Shown in pieces: positions 1-9,805 of a DNA stretch of 64,000 nt; the stretch's first letter is position 1; every line of letters begins with the position of its first letter. The translations under genes were made by a program, and so were the position numbers. Origin of the DNA: Polyangiaceae bacterium LLY-WYZ-15_(1-7) (GTDB lineage Bacteria; Myxococcota_A; Polyangia; Polyangiales; Houyiibacteriaceae); the NCBI GenBank assembly GCA_031800675.1, contig DAPKRU010000144.1:15101-79100 (forward strand). The letters are read 5' to 3'. The notes below the pieces were generated by a model. It did no database searches. It saw nothing but the letters and a program-made list of their open reading frames with translations, and had not been told where the DNA came from.

Positions 1-2383
1 ACTGGCTCAGGCAGTCCATGTAGCCGATGGCGATGAGCTGCTGGCAGAGCTCGAGGGTCATGTCCGCGTTCTCCGCCTGCACCCGCGAGGCGCCGCCGCC
101 GCCGGTCAGCCAGCGCGAGCGATCGGTCGCCCCGAGCTGCTGCCCGCTGAGCACGCGGAGGTAGCGCATGGCGATCGGGTGGCGCCGCGGGTCGAGGTCC
201 TCGTTCTGCTCGCCCGGGTCGCGCTCGAGATCGAAGAGCACGTAGGTGAGGCTCGAGCGGAGCACGAGCTTCCAGTCCATCCCGCGCACGACGCGCCGGT
301 TCTCCTGGAAGTCACTGAAGGCGATCCAGGGCCCGGGCGGCGGCGCGCCCCGGAGGAAGCCCATCAGGCTCCGCCCCTCGAACTCGCCCGGCACGTCCAC
401 GCCCGTCGCCTCGAGCACGGTCGGCGCGACGCCCATGGTGCTCACGACCTGCGGCACGCGCGCGCCGGCCCGCCCCACGCCCGGGTAGCGCACGACGAGG
501 GGCACGTGGAGCAGCTCCTGGAAGATCGAGTGCCCGTGCCCCCAGCTGCCGTGCTCGTCGAACTCCTCGCCGTGATCGGAGGTCACGACGAAGATGGTGT
601 TCTCCTTCAGGCCGAGCTCCTCGAGCTTCTCGAGGAAGCGCCCGAAGTGATGGTCGTGGTAGCTGATCTCGCCGTCGTGGAGCGCGGTCAGGCGCCGCAC
701 GTCGCTCTCGTCGAAGGTCACGCGCGGCGGGCGCTTCTTGGCGTCCTCGAGGAGCAGGTGCGTGCGCCGGTTCTGGACCTGACCGGCGTAGTCCGTGCGC
801 GCGTCGTACATGCGCAGGTAGTCGTCCGGCGGGTCGTAGGGGACGTGCGGGTCGATGGTCTGGATGTAGACGAAGAAGCGCCCGTCCTCGTGGTGCTCCT
901 CGATCCACTCGGCGGCCTCGCCGAAGACGTTGCTCGCGTTCGTGTTGCGCTGCTCGCGGATGTAGTTCGTGTAGTGGTCCCAGCCCTGGTCGAAGCCGAA
1001 GGCGCGGCTCACGTAGCCGTTCGCGAGGAAGCTGGCGGTCTGGAAGCCCTCGCGCTGGTAGATCTCGCCGAGCGTCAGCGCCGACTGGGGGAGGCGCGAG
1101 CTGTCGTTCTTCGCGCCGTGGGTCGCCGGGAAGAGGCTCGTGAGGATCGAGGCGACGGCGGGCTTGGTCCAGTTCTCCGCCGTCTGCGCGTTCTCGAAGA
1201 GCGTGGACTCCTCGGCGAAGGCGTCGAAGGCCGGCGTGCGGACGCGCGAGCGCCGGTTGTAGGGGCGGAGCTTGCTGGCGCGGAGCGTGTCGATGGTGAG
1301 GACGACGACGTTCTGGGCGTGCGGGGCCTCGTCGCTGCCGAGGGCGGCGAGCTCCACGGCGGGGAGCACGACCTTCATGCCGCTCAGCGCCGCCCCGGCG
1401 CCCGTGGCCTGGACGTCGAGGCGCACGAGCTCGCCGGCGAGCGGGCCGAGGTCCACGCGCTCGTCGGCCCAGCGGGATCCCGTCGCGCCCGCGAAGAGCT
1501 CGCGGCTCGCGCCGCCCTCGGGGGTGGCCGTGACCGTGACGCGCCCCTCGCCCGCGGTCGCGCCGCGACCGAAGACGAGCGCCGCGCCCTCGGGCACCTC
1601 GAGGTACCAGCTCAGCGTCGTCTCCGCCGGGATCTGCAGCGCGTCGCGCTCGCTTCCGCCGACGGCGTGCCGACCGCGGAGGTGGCGCGGGGCCTCCCAG
1701 CCCTCCGGGCGGCTCCGCGCGACGTGCATCTCCGCGAGCTCGAAGGCGACGTCCTCGCCGTCGACGCGGCGCGTCTCCGTGCCGCGGAGGAGGAGGTAGT
1801 TCTCGCCGCGGCGCACGACGCTCGCCGGCGCCTCGAGGGTGATGTCCTGCCAGCCCTCGCCCTCGAAGGGGGTCTCGGGGAGCGCCTCGCCGTTGAGGAA
1901 GGCGAGCAGGCCGCCGCCGCCGACGCTGCGGAGCTTCAGGTGGAGCGTCCGCACGCCCGGATCGCGGACATCGAAGTAGACGCGGCCCATGCGGCCGAAG
2001 CGGGAGAAGGTGGTGGCGCTCGGATCGAGGGCGTCGCCGTCCGCACCATCGCTCCCCCAGCCGCTGTTCCACTGGCCGCTCGTGTACTTGAAGCGGGCCT
2101 GGGTGCCGAAGTCGACGTAGAGGCCGTGGTGGTCGACGTCGGCGAGGTGCGCGAGCTCGAGCAGGTCGAGGTGCACGCGCCCGTCGATGGCCGGCTCGCC
2201 AGCGGGGGCCGGTGCGGCGGCGCTCGGCTCCCCTTCGCCCTCCGGCGCGCCCTCGTCGCCCTCGCCCGCAGGCGCTTCGGCCGGGGCCTCCGCGGGCGCC
2301 TCGGGCTCGTCGTCGCAGGCCTCGAGGACCCCCAGCAGCCCCGCCGTCGCGAGGAACGAAATCGCGAAGCCGATGCGCTTCAT
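1..2383 (-). CDS. Sulfatase-like hydrolase/transferase lipoprotein (3' end at the window edge)
   Basis: Not in the ORF track because no stop lies inside the window. Manual translation from the ATG at 2383 gives MKRIGFAISFLATAGLLGVLEAC (lipobox-like), NVVVLTIDTLRA, AENWTKPAVASILT, IDPHVPYDPP and TSDHGEEFDEHGSWGHGHSIFQELLHVPL, ending ...QLIAIGYMDCLSQ at base 2. Confidence 0.9.
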   Translation of the reverse strand, partial: MKRIGFAISFLATAGLLGVLEACDDEPEAPAEAPAEAPAGEGDEGAPEGEGEPSAAAPAPAGEPAIDGRVHLDLLELAHLADVDHHGLYVDFGTQARFKYTSGQWNSGWGSDGADGDALDPSATTFSRFGRMGRVYFDVRDPGVRTLHLKLRSVGGGGLLAFLNGEALPETPFEGEGWQDITLEAPASVVRRGENYLLLRGTETRRVDGEDVAFELAEMHVARSRPEGWEAPRHLRGRHAVGGSERDALQIPAETTLSWYLEVPEGAALVFGRGATAGEGRVTVTATPEGGASRELFAGATGSRWADERVDLGPLAGELVRLDVQATGAGAALSGMKVVLPAVELAALGSDEAPHAQNVVVLTIDTLRASKLRPYNRRSRVRTPAFDAFAEESTLFENAQTAENWTKPAVASILTSLFPATHGAKNDSSRLPQSALTLGEIYQREGFQTASFLANGYVSRAFGFDQGWDHYTNYIREQRNTNASNVFGEAAEWIEEHHEDGRFFVYIQTIDPHVPYDPPDDYLRMYDARTDYAGQVQNRRTHLLLEDAKKRPPRVTFDESDVRRLTALHDGEISYHDHHFGRFLEKLEELGLKENTIFVVTSDHGEEFDEHGSWGHGHSIFQELLHVPLVVRYPGVGRAGARVPQVVSTMGVAPTVLEATGVDVPGEFEGRSLMGFLRGAPPPGPWIAFSDFQENRRVVRGMDWKLVLRSSLTYVLFDLERDPGEQNEDLDPRRHPIAMRYLRVLSGQQLGATDRSRWLTGGGGASRVQAENADMTLELCQQLIAIGYMDCLSQ

Positions 2384-2649
2384 CTCGCCTCCCTGTGCCC
2401 CGCGGTCTGCCCGTGGAGCGCGCCGCGTCCCGCGCGGCCCATCCCGGTCAACGGCTCGCCCACCGCCGACCCTTCCCCTGCGGCTATCACGGCCGATCGG
2501 GGGCAGCAACCATGGAGGGGCGGCCCGGGGCTCGCTCGGCACCCCGCCCGCTGGCCCCGCTCGGACGTCGCCGCGCGAGCCCCGGCGCGCTTGCAAGGCG
2601 CGCGATCGTGCGCACCCTGTGCCCGCCCCCGCCGCCCGAAGATGCCGTC

Positions 2650-3066
2650 ATGGAACCGCTCGTCATCAGCTCGCGCATCACCCTCCCCGCCTCCGACCTC
2701 AGCTGGAGCGCGGCGCGGAGCGGCGGGCCCGGCGGCCAGAACGTGAACAAGGTCGCCACGAAGGTCGACCTGCGCTTCGACCTCGAGGGCACGGACGCGC
2801 TCCCCGAGTGGGTGAAGGATCGGCTCCGCCAGCTCGCGACGCGCGACGCCGAGGGGCGCGTGATCGTCGTCAGCAGCGAGACGCGCTCGCAGGCGACCAA
2901 CCTCGAAGACGCGCGCGAGCGCCTCGTGGAGCTCGTGAAGCGGGCCATGCAGCGCCCCAAGCGCCGCAAGCGCACCAAGCCCTCGCGCGGCGCCAAGCGC
3001 CGCCGCCTCGAGGCCAAGCGCCGCAACGCCGAGAAGAAGAAGCGCCGCGGCAAGGTCGACTGGTAG
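2650..3066 (+). CDS. arfB: Alternative ribosome rescue peptidyl-tRNA hydrolase ArfB (YaeJ)
   Basis: RSGGPGGQNVNKVATKV (GGQ motif), RSQATN, and a basic C-terminal tail RKRTKPSRGAKRRRLEAKRR. Confidence 0.95.
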   Translation: MEPLVISSRITLPASDLSWSAARSGGPGGQNVNKVATKVDLRFDLEGTDALPEWVKDRLRQLATRDAEGRVIVVSSETRSQATNLEDARERLVELVKRAMQRPKRRKRTKPSRGAKRRRLEAKRRNAEKKKRRGKVDW

Positions 3067-3133
3067 GAGACGCGTGGCGGCGGTCCGCCGCCCACTCGCT
3101 CCCGGTGCTGCCGCGCGCTACACGTCTCCGGCC

Positions 3134-4285
3134 ATGCGGTTCATGGTCACCTTCATCCTTTTTCCGGCGACCGGCTTCCTGAGCGGTTGCGCCGAACACC
3201 ACCGGGTGGACCCGCGCCCCGATGGGGGCCCACCCCGACCTTGCTCGGCCGAGTGGCAAGTGGAGACCGTCGCCACGGGCGACGAGCCCGAGACCCTGGC
3301 CATCGGAAGCGACGGACGCCGGCTGCACATCGCTTGGCGTGAGAGCGGCGACGCACACTGGGCGATCCGCGACACACTCGCTTGGACCCGCCAGGAGGTC
3401 GCCGGCGACATCCCACCAGGCGCGTCCCCGGCGGGTTTCGCGGCAGGCGAAAGGGGGATGGGGCTCGCCCACCTCATGCGCAGCCGCGCGCCAGATGGCA
3501 GCCGCCAGGTCGGCGTCGTTTGGCTCCGAGAGGATGATCGCATGGCGGCCGACGCGATCGCCGAGCCCGTAGCCGCGGCCAGCCGATCGCTCTGGCTCCG
3601 CGCCGTCGCCACCCGGGGCGGCACGAGCGTGCTCTTCCGACGCGTCCCGAACGAGGTGGTCGTAGCTCGTCCTTCGGAGGAGCTCGGGTGGGCGCTCGAG
3701 AGGCGGGACACCGCCCCCGTGGGGGAGGGCTTTTCGGCAGATGCCCACGAGAACGGCACCATCGCCTGGGCGTACCTGGTGGAGGAGTCGGCCGGAGTCT
3801 CGGACCGGATCGTGTCCCTCCACTGGCATAGCGGAGCATCGAGCGGCCGTGTGCAGCTGGGCCGCTACAACTCGGACTTCGTCCGGGTCCCATGCCCCGA
3901 GGGCGCGATCGATGTGCTGGCCCACAGCGACGGTATGGACGTCCTCTTCACGACGATTCGCCCGGCGACGGACGCGTTCTATCGCTGCGCCGTCGAGCAC
4001 GCCTCGGTGGACGCCGACGGAGCAGGACGAGTCGCGTCCATCCTCCGGGAGCAGGGGGCTCAGCACCTCGACGCGGCGCGCGGACCGGACGCGCTGCACC
4101 TCGTGGCGACGACGGTCGAGGGCGCCACGCTCTACGCCCGACGACGGGGAGACGAGTGGGAGGTCTTCGAGACTCCGCTCCCTTCGACCCGCCGGCCCCG
4201 ACTCGCGATGCTCGGGCTCGCTCCCCACGTGCTCTTCGTGGAGGGAGACGCCGTGCGCGTCGCCGAGGTCCCCTGCTCGCCCTGA
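3134..4285 (+). CDS. Hypothetical lipoprotein, probable beta-propeller
   Basis: Signal MRFMVTFILFPATGFLSG-C; repeated beta-rich blades such as WQVETV..LAIGSDGRRLHIAW. Confidence 0.6.
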   Translation: MRFMVTFILFPATGFLSGCAEHHRVDPRPDGGPPRPCSAEWQVETVATGDEPETLAIGSDGRRLHIAWRESGDAHWAIRDTLAWTRQEVAGDIPPGASPAGFAAGERGMGLAHLMRSRAPDGSRQVGVVWLREDDRMAADAIAEPVAAASRSLWLRAVATRGGTSVLFRRVPNEVVVARPSEELGWALERRDTAPVGEGFSADAHENGTIAWAYLVEESAGVSDRIVSLHWHSGASSGRVQLGRYNSDFVRVPCPEGAIDVLAHSDGMDVLFTTIRPATDAFYRCAVEHASVDADGAGRVASILREQGAQHLDAARGPDALHLVATTVEGATLYARRRGDEWEVFETPLPSTRRPRLAMLGLAPHVLFVEGDAVRVAEVPCSP

Positions 4286-4301
4286 TGAAGCGCTCGCTGG
4301 C

Positions 4302-4772
4302 TCAGCCGGCCTCGTCCTCTTCGACCTTCTTCATGAGGGCGGCGAAGCGGTCGCGGATCTGGTCGGGGCTCAGGTCCTCGAGGCGCTGGTGGATGAACCA
4401 GCGGTGGCCGAAGGGGTCGCGGAGCTTGGCGGCGCGGTCGCCGAAGAACTGATCGGCGGTCGCGCCCTCCTGCTCACAGCCGGCCGCGCGGGCGGCCTCG
4501 ACGAAGGCGTCCACGTCCTCGACGTAGAGCATCAGGCCGACGGTGCTGCCGCCGCGCGACTTCGGGCCGAGGATGCCGGCCTCGGCGAACTCGTCGGCGA
4601 CGAGCAGGCGCGCCCGGCCCCGCTCGAGCTCGGCGTGGCCCACGCGACCGTCGGGCATGGCGAGCCGGTAGCGCTCCGCGAAACCGAAGGTGCCGACGTA
4701 GAAGTCGATGGCCGCCTCGGCGTCGTGGACGGTCAGGTAGGGCTGGAGCAGGGGCTCGTCGGGCAGGCTCAT
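4302..4772 (-). CDS. VOC family (glyoxalase/PhnB-like) protein
   Basis: LQPYLTVHDAEAAIDFY..FG, GHAEL, LYVEDVDA, DQFFGDR..LRDPFGHRW. Confidence 0.92.
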   Translation of the reverse strand: MSLPDEPLLQPYLTVHDAEAAIDFYVGTFGFAERYRLAMPDGRVGHAELERGRARLLVADEFAEAGILGPKSRGGSTVGLMLYVEDVDAFVEAARAAGCEQEGATADQFFGDRAAKLRDPFGHRWFIHQRLEDLSPDQIRDRFAALMKKVEEDEAG

Positions 4773-4956
4773 CGGTTCCTCCGAAGGCGACCCTACCACC
4801 GGGCCCGGCCCCGCCGCGCCGCGCGCAACGGTCCGTTCCGAGGGCGGCCTGCCGTCCGCCGAGACCCCGGCGCCCCGGCGGCGCCGGGCGGCCTCGGCCG
4901 AGACGGCGAGCCCGGTCCCCGTTGCAACGGGGGCCGGTGGCTCTAGTCTGCTCGCG

Positions 4957-7167
4957 ATGCGCGCGCCGCTCGCCCTCGCGATCCTCTTCGTGGCCTGGCC
5001 GGCCCCGGGCGCGGCGCAGGAGCGCGCGGAGGCGGCGATCGACGCGGGCGACCCGCGGGTGGAGCTCGAGCTCCTCGCCGACGCCGAAGCCGTCGCCCCC
5101 GGAGCCAGCCTGCGGGTCGGCGTGCGCTTCCGGATGGACCCGGGCTGGCACGTCTACTGGCGGAACCCGGGGGAGAGCGGCGTGCCGACGGAGGTGCGCT
5201 TCGCGGGCCTCGAGGGGCTCGGCGAGCCGCCCTGGCCGGCGCCGCATCGCTTCGTCGCGCCGGGGCCGATCGTGACCTACGGCTACGGCGGGGAGGTGCT
5301 CTTCGCGACCGAGGGGCGCGTGCGCGCCGACGCGACGGGGGAGCTCGAGCTCGAGGCGACGGCGGACTTCCTGGTCTGCGAGGTCGACTGCATCCCGGAC
5401 CGGGTCACGCTGCGCCGCGTGCTCCCGGTCGCGGCGGAGACGCGGCGCGTGCACCAGGCGGCCTTCGACGCGGCGGAGGCGGCCCGGCCCGTGGCGCCCG
5501 AGGCGCTCGGCCTGGAGCTCGAGCTGGTCGCCGGCGCCGCGCCCGCGGTCGGCGAGACGGCGCCGATGGCCCTCGGCGTCGTGCAGTGCCACGGGCCGGG
5601 CGAGGAGGACGCCTGCCCCGCGCTCGCCGCGCCGGAGGAAGGGGCCGAGGCCGCGCTCCTCCCGGGGCCCATGAACGACGCCGTGCGCGTCGAGGAGCTC
5701 CGCGTCGCCCCGCACCCGAGCGCTCACGCCGGCCTGGCGCTCCGCTTCGACGCGGCCCTCGGCCCGAACGCGCTCCCGGAGCGCTTCGACGCCGTGCTCC
5801 ACCTGCGCCGCGGGGGCGAGGACGTGCACCTGCGCGTCGACCTGCCGCTCCCGAGCGCGCGGGCCGAAGCGCGGGCCCTCCTCGCGGCTCCGGGCGCGCC
5901 GAGCGGCGAGGGCGCGCCGGGCGCGGCCGACGCGACCGACGCCCCCGCTCCCGAGCGCCCGGGCTGGCTGCTCGCGCTCGCGCTCGGCCTGCTCGGAGGC
6001 CTGCTGCTCAACCTCATGCCCTGCGTGCTGCCGGTGCTCAGCGTGAAGGTCTTCGGTCTCCTCCACGCCGCCGACGAAGGCGAGGCGGGCCTGAAGCGCC
6101 ACGGGCTCGCCTACCTCGCCGGCGTGCTCGCCGCGATGGGCGCGCTGGCCGCGGTGGTGCTCGCGCTGCGGGCCGCAGGCGTGGAGGTCGGCATGGGCTT
6201 CCAGCTCCAGGAGCCCCGCTTCGTGGCCCTCCTGGCGGCCCTCCTGGTGCTCCTCGCCATGAGCTTCTTCGGCGTCTTCGAGCTCCGCATCGCGGCGACG
6301 GGCCTCTCGCGGCGCGTGGACGCGAGCCACGGCTGGCTCCGGAGCGCCGGCGAGGGCGTGCTCACGGTGATCCTCGCGACCCCCTGCTCGGCGCCCTTCC
6401 TCGGCACGGCCGTGGGCTTCGCCTTCGCGGGCGGCGCCGCGTCGATCCTCGCGGTCTTCGGCGCCATCGGCGTGGGGCTCGCGCTGCCCTTCCTCGTGCT
6501 CGCGCGCTTCCCGGCGCTGGTCGCGAAGCTGCCGAGGCCTGGGCCGTGGATGGAGAAGCTCCAGCGCGTGCTCGGCTTCGCGCTCCTCGGGACCGCCGCC
6601 TGGCTCGCCTGGGTGCACGCGCAGCTCACGGGCGTGCTCGCGCAGGGGCTCTTGCTGGGCTTCCTCCTCGCCGTCGCCTTCGGCACCTGGATGGCGGCGA
6701 GCTTCCGGGCGCCGCTCGCCCGGGCGCTGGCGGCGGCGATCGTGCTCGGCGGCGGGGCGCTCGTCTGGGGTGCCCCGGTCGCGGGCGAGGCGGGGGACGC
6801 GGAGGTGGCCGAGCTCGGCGCCTGGCGGCCCTGGAGCGAGGAGGCCGTGCGCGCGGAGGTGGACGCGGGGCGCACGGCCTTCGTGGTCTTCACGGCCGAC
6901 TGGTGCGTGACCTGCAAGGTCAACGAGCAGCTCGTCTTGAGCGACGAGGCGGTGCGCGCGCGGCTGGCGGAGGACGCGGTGACGCCCTTCGTCGCCGACT
7001 GGACCCGGCGCGACGAGCGCATCCGCGCGGAGCTGGCGCGCCATGGCAAGGCGGGCGTGCCGCTCTACCTGGTGTTCCGCCCGGGACAGAGGCAGCCGGA
7101 GGTGCTCCCGGAGCTGCTCACGCCCGCGCGGGTGATCGAGGCGCTCGGGCCACGGCGGAGCGGATGA
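4957..7167 (+). CDS. dsbD: Thiol:disulfide interchange protein, DsbD family
   Basis: N-terminal GWHVYWRNPGESG and CEVDC; membrane domain NLMPCVLPV and ATPCSAPF; C-terminal thioredoxin FTADWCVTCK. Confidence 0.9.
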   Translation: MRAPLALAILFVAWPAPGAAQERAEAAIDAGDPRVELELLADAEAVAPGASLRVGVRFRMDPGWHVYWRNPGESGVPTEVRFAGLEGLGEPPWPAPHRFVAPGPIVTYGYGGEVLFATEGRVRADATGELELEATADFLVCEVDCIPDRVTLRRVLPVAAETRRVHQAAFDAAEAARPVAPEALGLELELVAGAAPAVGETAPMALGVVQCHGPGEEDACPALAAPEEGAEAALLPGPMNDAVRVEELRVAPHPSAHAGLALRFDAALGPNALPERFDAVLHLRRGGEDVHLRVDLPLPSARAEARALLAAPGAPSGEGAPGAADATDAPAPERPGWLLALALGLLGGLLLNLMPCVLPVLSVKVFGLLHAADEGEAGLKRHGLAYLAGVLAAMGALAAVVLALRAAGVEVGMGFQLQEPRFVALLAALLVLLAMSFFGVFELRIAATGLSRRVDASHGWLRSAGEGVLTVILATPCSAPFLGTAVGFAFAGGAASILAVFGAIGVGLALPFLVLARFPALVAKLPRPGPWMEKLQRVLGFALLGTAAWLAWVHAQLTGVLAQGLLLGFLLAVAFGTWMAASFRAPLARALAAAIVLGGGALVWGAPVAGEAGDAEVAELGAWRPWSEEAVRAEVDAGRTAFVVFTADWCVTCKVNEQLVLSDEAVRARLAEDAVTPFVADWTRRDERIRAELARHGKAGVPLYLVFRPGQRQPEVLPELLTPARVIEALGPRRSG

Positions 7168-7267
7168 GGCGGCGGAGCGGATGAGGCGAGGACCGAAGAC
7201 GACGGCCGGGGCAGAGCCCCGGCGTGGAGAACACGCGGCCGCATGCGCGGCCGGAAAGGGGACGAGG

Positions 7268-8008
7268 ATGAACCGCTGGATGCACATGGCCCTGGCGCTG
7301 GCTCTCTTGGCCGGCTGCGGCGGCGAGGAAGAGCGCGCCGAGGGCGCGGAGACGGCCGCGAGCGAGACGGCGCAGGCCGAGGACGGCGAGGAGACGGCGC
7401 AGCAGGCCGAAGAGGCCGCGCAGGCCGACGACGGGGAGGAGGAGGCCGCCGCGGACGAGGGGAACGCCGAGGAGGAGACGGCGCTGAGCGCGACCGTCGG
7501 CGAGGCGGCCCCGGCCTTCGCCCTCCCCGACCAGGGCGGCACGGAGCACTCGCTCCAGCAGTACCGCGGCAAGATCGTCGTGCTCGAGTGGATCAACCCG
7601 GACTGCCCCTACGTGCAGCGCCACTATCGGGCCAACACGATGCGCGGGCTGGTCGAGGCGTTCGCCGACGAGGACGTGGTCTGGCTCGCCATCGACAGCT
7701 CGCACTTCGTGACGCCCGAGTCCTCCCAGGCGTGGCGCGAGGAGCACGACTTGCCGTACCCGATCCTCCAGGACCCCTCGGGCGAGGTCGGCCGGCGCTA
7801 CGGCGCGAGCACCACGCCGAACATGTACGTGATCGACGCGCAGGGCGTGCTCCGCTACCAGGGCGCGATCGACGACGACCCGCGCGGCCGCGAGGAGAGC
7901 CCGCGGAACTACGTCCGGGAAGCCGTCCAGGCGCTCGTCGACGGGGGCGCGCCGCCGGTGGCGCAGACGCGCCCCTACGGCTGCACGGTGAAGTACGAGA
8001 ACAGCTGA
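7268..8008 (+). CDS. Thioredoxin-fold redoxin (AhpC/TSA-like) lipoprotein
   Basis: Lipobox LLAG-C, acidic linker, APAFALPD, VVLEWINPDCPYV, YGASTTP, LRYQGAIDD, PYGCTVKY; adjacent to dsbD. Confidence 0.9.
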   Translation: MNRWMHMALALALLAGCGGEEERAEGAETAASETAQAEDGEETAQQAEEAAQADDGEEEAAADEGNAEEETALSATVGEAAPAFALPDQGGTEHSLQQYRGKIVVLEWINPDCPYVQRHYRANTMRGLVEAFADEDVVWLAIDSSHFVTPESSQAWREEHDLPYPILQDPSGEVGRRYGASTTPNMYVIDAQGVLRYQGAIDDDPRGREESPRNYVREAVQALVDGGAPPVAQTRPYGCTVKYENS

Positions 8009-8221
8009 GCGGCGACCCGTCGTGCGCGGCTGGCGGGGGGGCCCCTCGCCGGCCGCGCACGCGTCCGGGCCTCGATCGCTCTCCGGGCCTCGCTCTCTGG
8101 GCCTGGCGCGCGTGGGTGCCCGCGATGGAGCGCTCCGCCGAGCGCACGGCGGAACGCCGCGGAGAACGCCGCGGAGATCGCCCGGCGGAGAACGCACGGC
8201 GGGCTCCCCCCGGCGCGGTGC

Positions 8222-9484
8222 TCAGAGGAGGAAGAGCACGAGGGCGCCCACGCCGAGCGCGAGGACGATGGGCACGCCCACGTAGAGGCCGAGCCGGGCC
8301 CCGCCGAGCACCGCGGCGATGCCGACCTTCGCGAGGCTGTTCGTCGCCGAGGCGATGGCCAGCGCCCAGAGCGCCGGCTCCCGCCCGATCCCGCCGCCCT
8401 CGTGGAGCCGCGCGATGCTCAAGCTGATCGCGTCGACGTCGGCCAGGCCGGCGAGGAAGGCCGAGACGTAGACGCCGGCGTCGGCGAACTCCTCGGAGGC
8501 GCCCTTGCTCACGAGCAGCACGACCAGGAAGAGGAGCGTGAACTTGAAGGCGCTCTTCAGGGAGAAGGGGTTGTCGAGCTCGAGCTCCGTGTCGCCCTCG
8601 TCGGGGTCGGCGCGGCCGGCGCGGAGGTAGAGGAGGATGGCCGCGACGAGGGCGGTGGCGCCCGCGGCCGCGAAGGCCCAGAGCGCGGTCTCGGCGAGCG
8701 GGCCCGAGACGGCCCAGACCTCGACCACGACGCGCGGGAACATGGTCGCCGAGGCGAGCACGATGGCGACGGCGCAGGCGCCGAGGAGCTTCGGGGCCTC
8801 CTTCGCGCGCCCGCTGAAGGTGAGCGTCACGGCCGTGGACGAGGCGAGCCCGCCGAGGAGCCCGGTCAGGCCGAAGCCGCGGCGGGCGCCGAAGGCGCGG
8901 ATGGCGACGTAGCCGGCGAAGCCGATCGCGGAGATCAGCACCACCAAGATGCCGATGCTCCGCGGGTTCAGCGCCGACCAGGGCCCGAGCTCGCGGTTCG
9001 GCAGGAGCGGCAGGACGATGACCGCGAGCACGAGGAGCTTGGTGGTGGCAAAGACATCGGCCTCGCTGACCTTGGCGACCCAGCGGTGGAGCGGCTGCTT
9101 CACCGAGAGCAGCGCGAGCGTCCCCGTGGCGCCGGCGGCGACGACGAGCAGCCGGTCCGTGCGACCGAGCGGCAGCGACTCGGCCGTGCAGACGGCGCCG
9201 AGCCCGAAGGTCACGAGCGCGGCGATCTCGGTGCTCGTGCCGGCGTCGCGCGGCGCGCTCCGGCGATAGGCCAGGCCGACGAGCGCGGCCACGCCGAGCC
9301 CCATGACCGCGAGGGCCCAGGGGCCGAGGAGCGCGCCGAGCGCCCCCGTCAGCCCGATGAGCGGGAAGGTCCGGATGCCCGCGAAGGTCGCGTGCTCGCC
9401 CTGCTCGCGCTCGGCGCCGATCACGAAGCCGGCCGCGAGCGCCGTCGCGAGCTGGAGCATCACGTCGAGGCCCTCCCCGCTCAT
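8222..9484 (-). CDS. MgtC/SapB-family, DUF4010-type membrane protein
   Basis: GFVIGAERE, FAGIRTFPL, GTSTEIAAL, VLPLLPN, GGLASSTAVT, GLADVDAI; multi-pass hydrophobic. Confidence 0.9.
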   Translation of the reverse strand: MSGEGLDVMLQLATALAAGFVIGAEREQGEHATFAGIRTFPLIGLTGALGALLGPWALAVMGLGVAALVGLAYRRSAPRDAGTSTEIAALVTFGLGAVCTAESLPLGRTDRLLVVAAGATGTLALLSVKQPLHRWVAKVSEADVFATTKLLVLAVIVLPLLPNRELGPWSALNPRSIGILVVLISAIGFAGYVAIRAFGARRGFGLTGLLGGLASSTAVTLTFSGRAKEAPKLLGACAVAIVLASATMFPRVVVEVWAVSGPLAETALWAFAAAGATALVAAILLYLRAGRADPDEGDTELELDNPFSLKSAFKFTLLFLVVLLVSKGASEEFADAGVYVSAFLAGLADVDAISLSIARLHEGGGIGREPALWALAIASATNSLAKVGIAAVLGGARLGLYVGVPIVLALGVGALVLFLL

Positions 9485-9694
9485 GCGCCCATCCTTTCAC
9501 GCCCCGCGCCGCGATCGAAGCGGGACGCCGCGCCGCGAGGGCGGCCGGCCCCACGAGACGACACCGCGCCGCCCACCCTCGGGGGTGGGCGGCGCGGCGG
9601 GGCCCGGGCGAGCCGGGCAGCTGGGTCCGGCGACGATCAGATCGCGGACTCGAGCGTGACGACGCGGTCGGCCATCAGGTCGCGGGCTCATGGC

Positions 9695-9760
9695 GCCGTT
9701 CGGACGCGGCGATTCGGGCCGTTCGGACGCGGCGATGCGGGCCGCTCGGGCGCCGCGCAT
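9695..9760. repeat. About 23-bp tandem repeat, 2 full and 1 degenerate copy
   Basis: gccgttcggacgcggcgat(t/g)cgg at 9695 and 9718, with a degenerate copy at 9741; intergenic. Confidence 0.7.
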
Positions 9761-9805
9761 CGCACCGTCGGACGGGCTCGCCGCCGCCGGACGCGGGTCG
9801 CCCCT

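Noticed and set aside
179-2746. 855-aa + strand ORF and similar giant ORFs (14772-20807, 33635-39034, 45145-49686, 58212-61715, 60091-63963)
   Set aside because: Antisense or off-frame shadows of real genes in high-GC DNA; compositionally biased with no recognisable motifs.
7154-7190. 17-bp duplication at the dsbD stop, plus short duplications near 10906-10940 and 19863-19890
   Set aside because: Most simply explained as slippage duplications, with no sign of function or flanking mobile elements.
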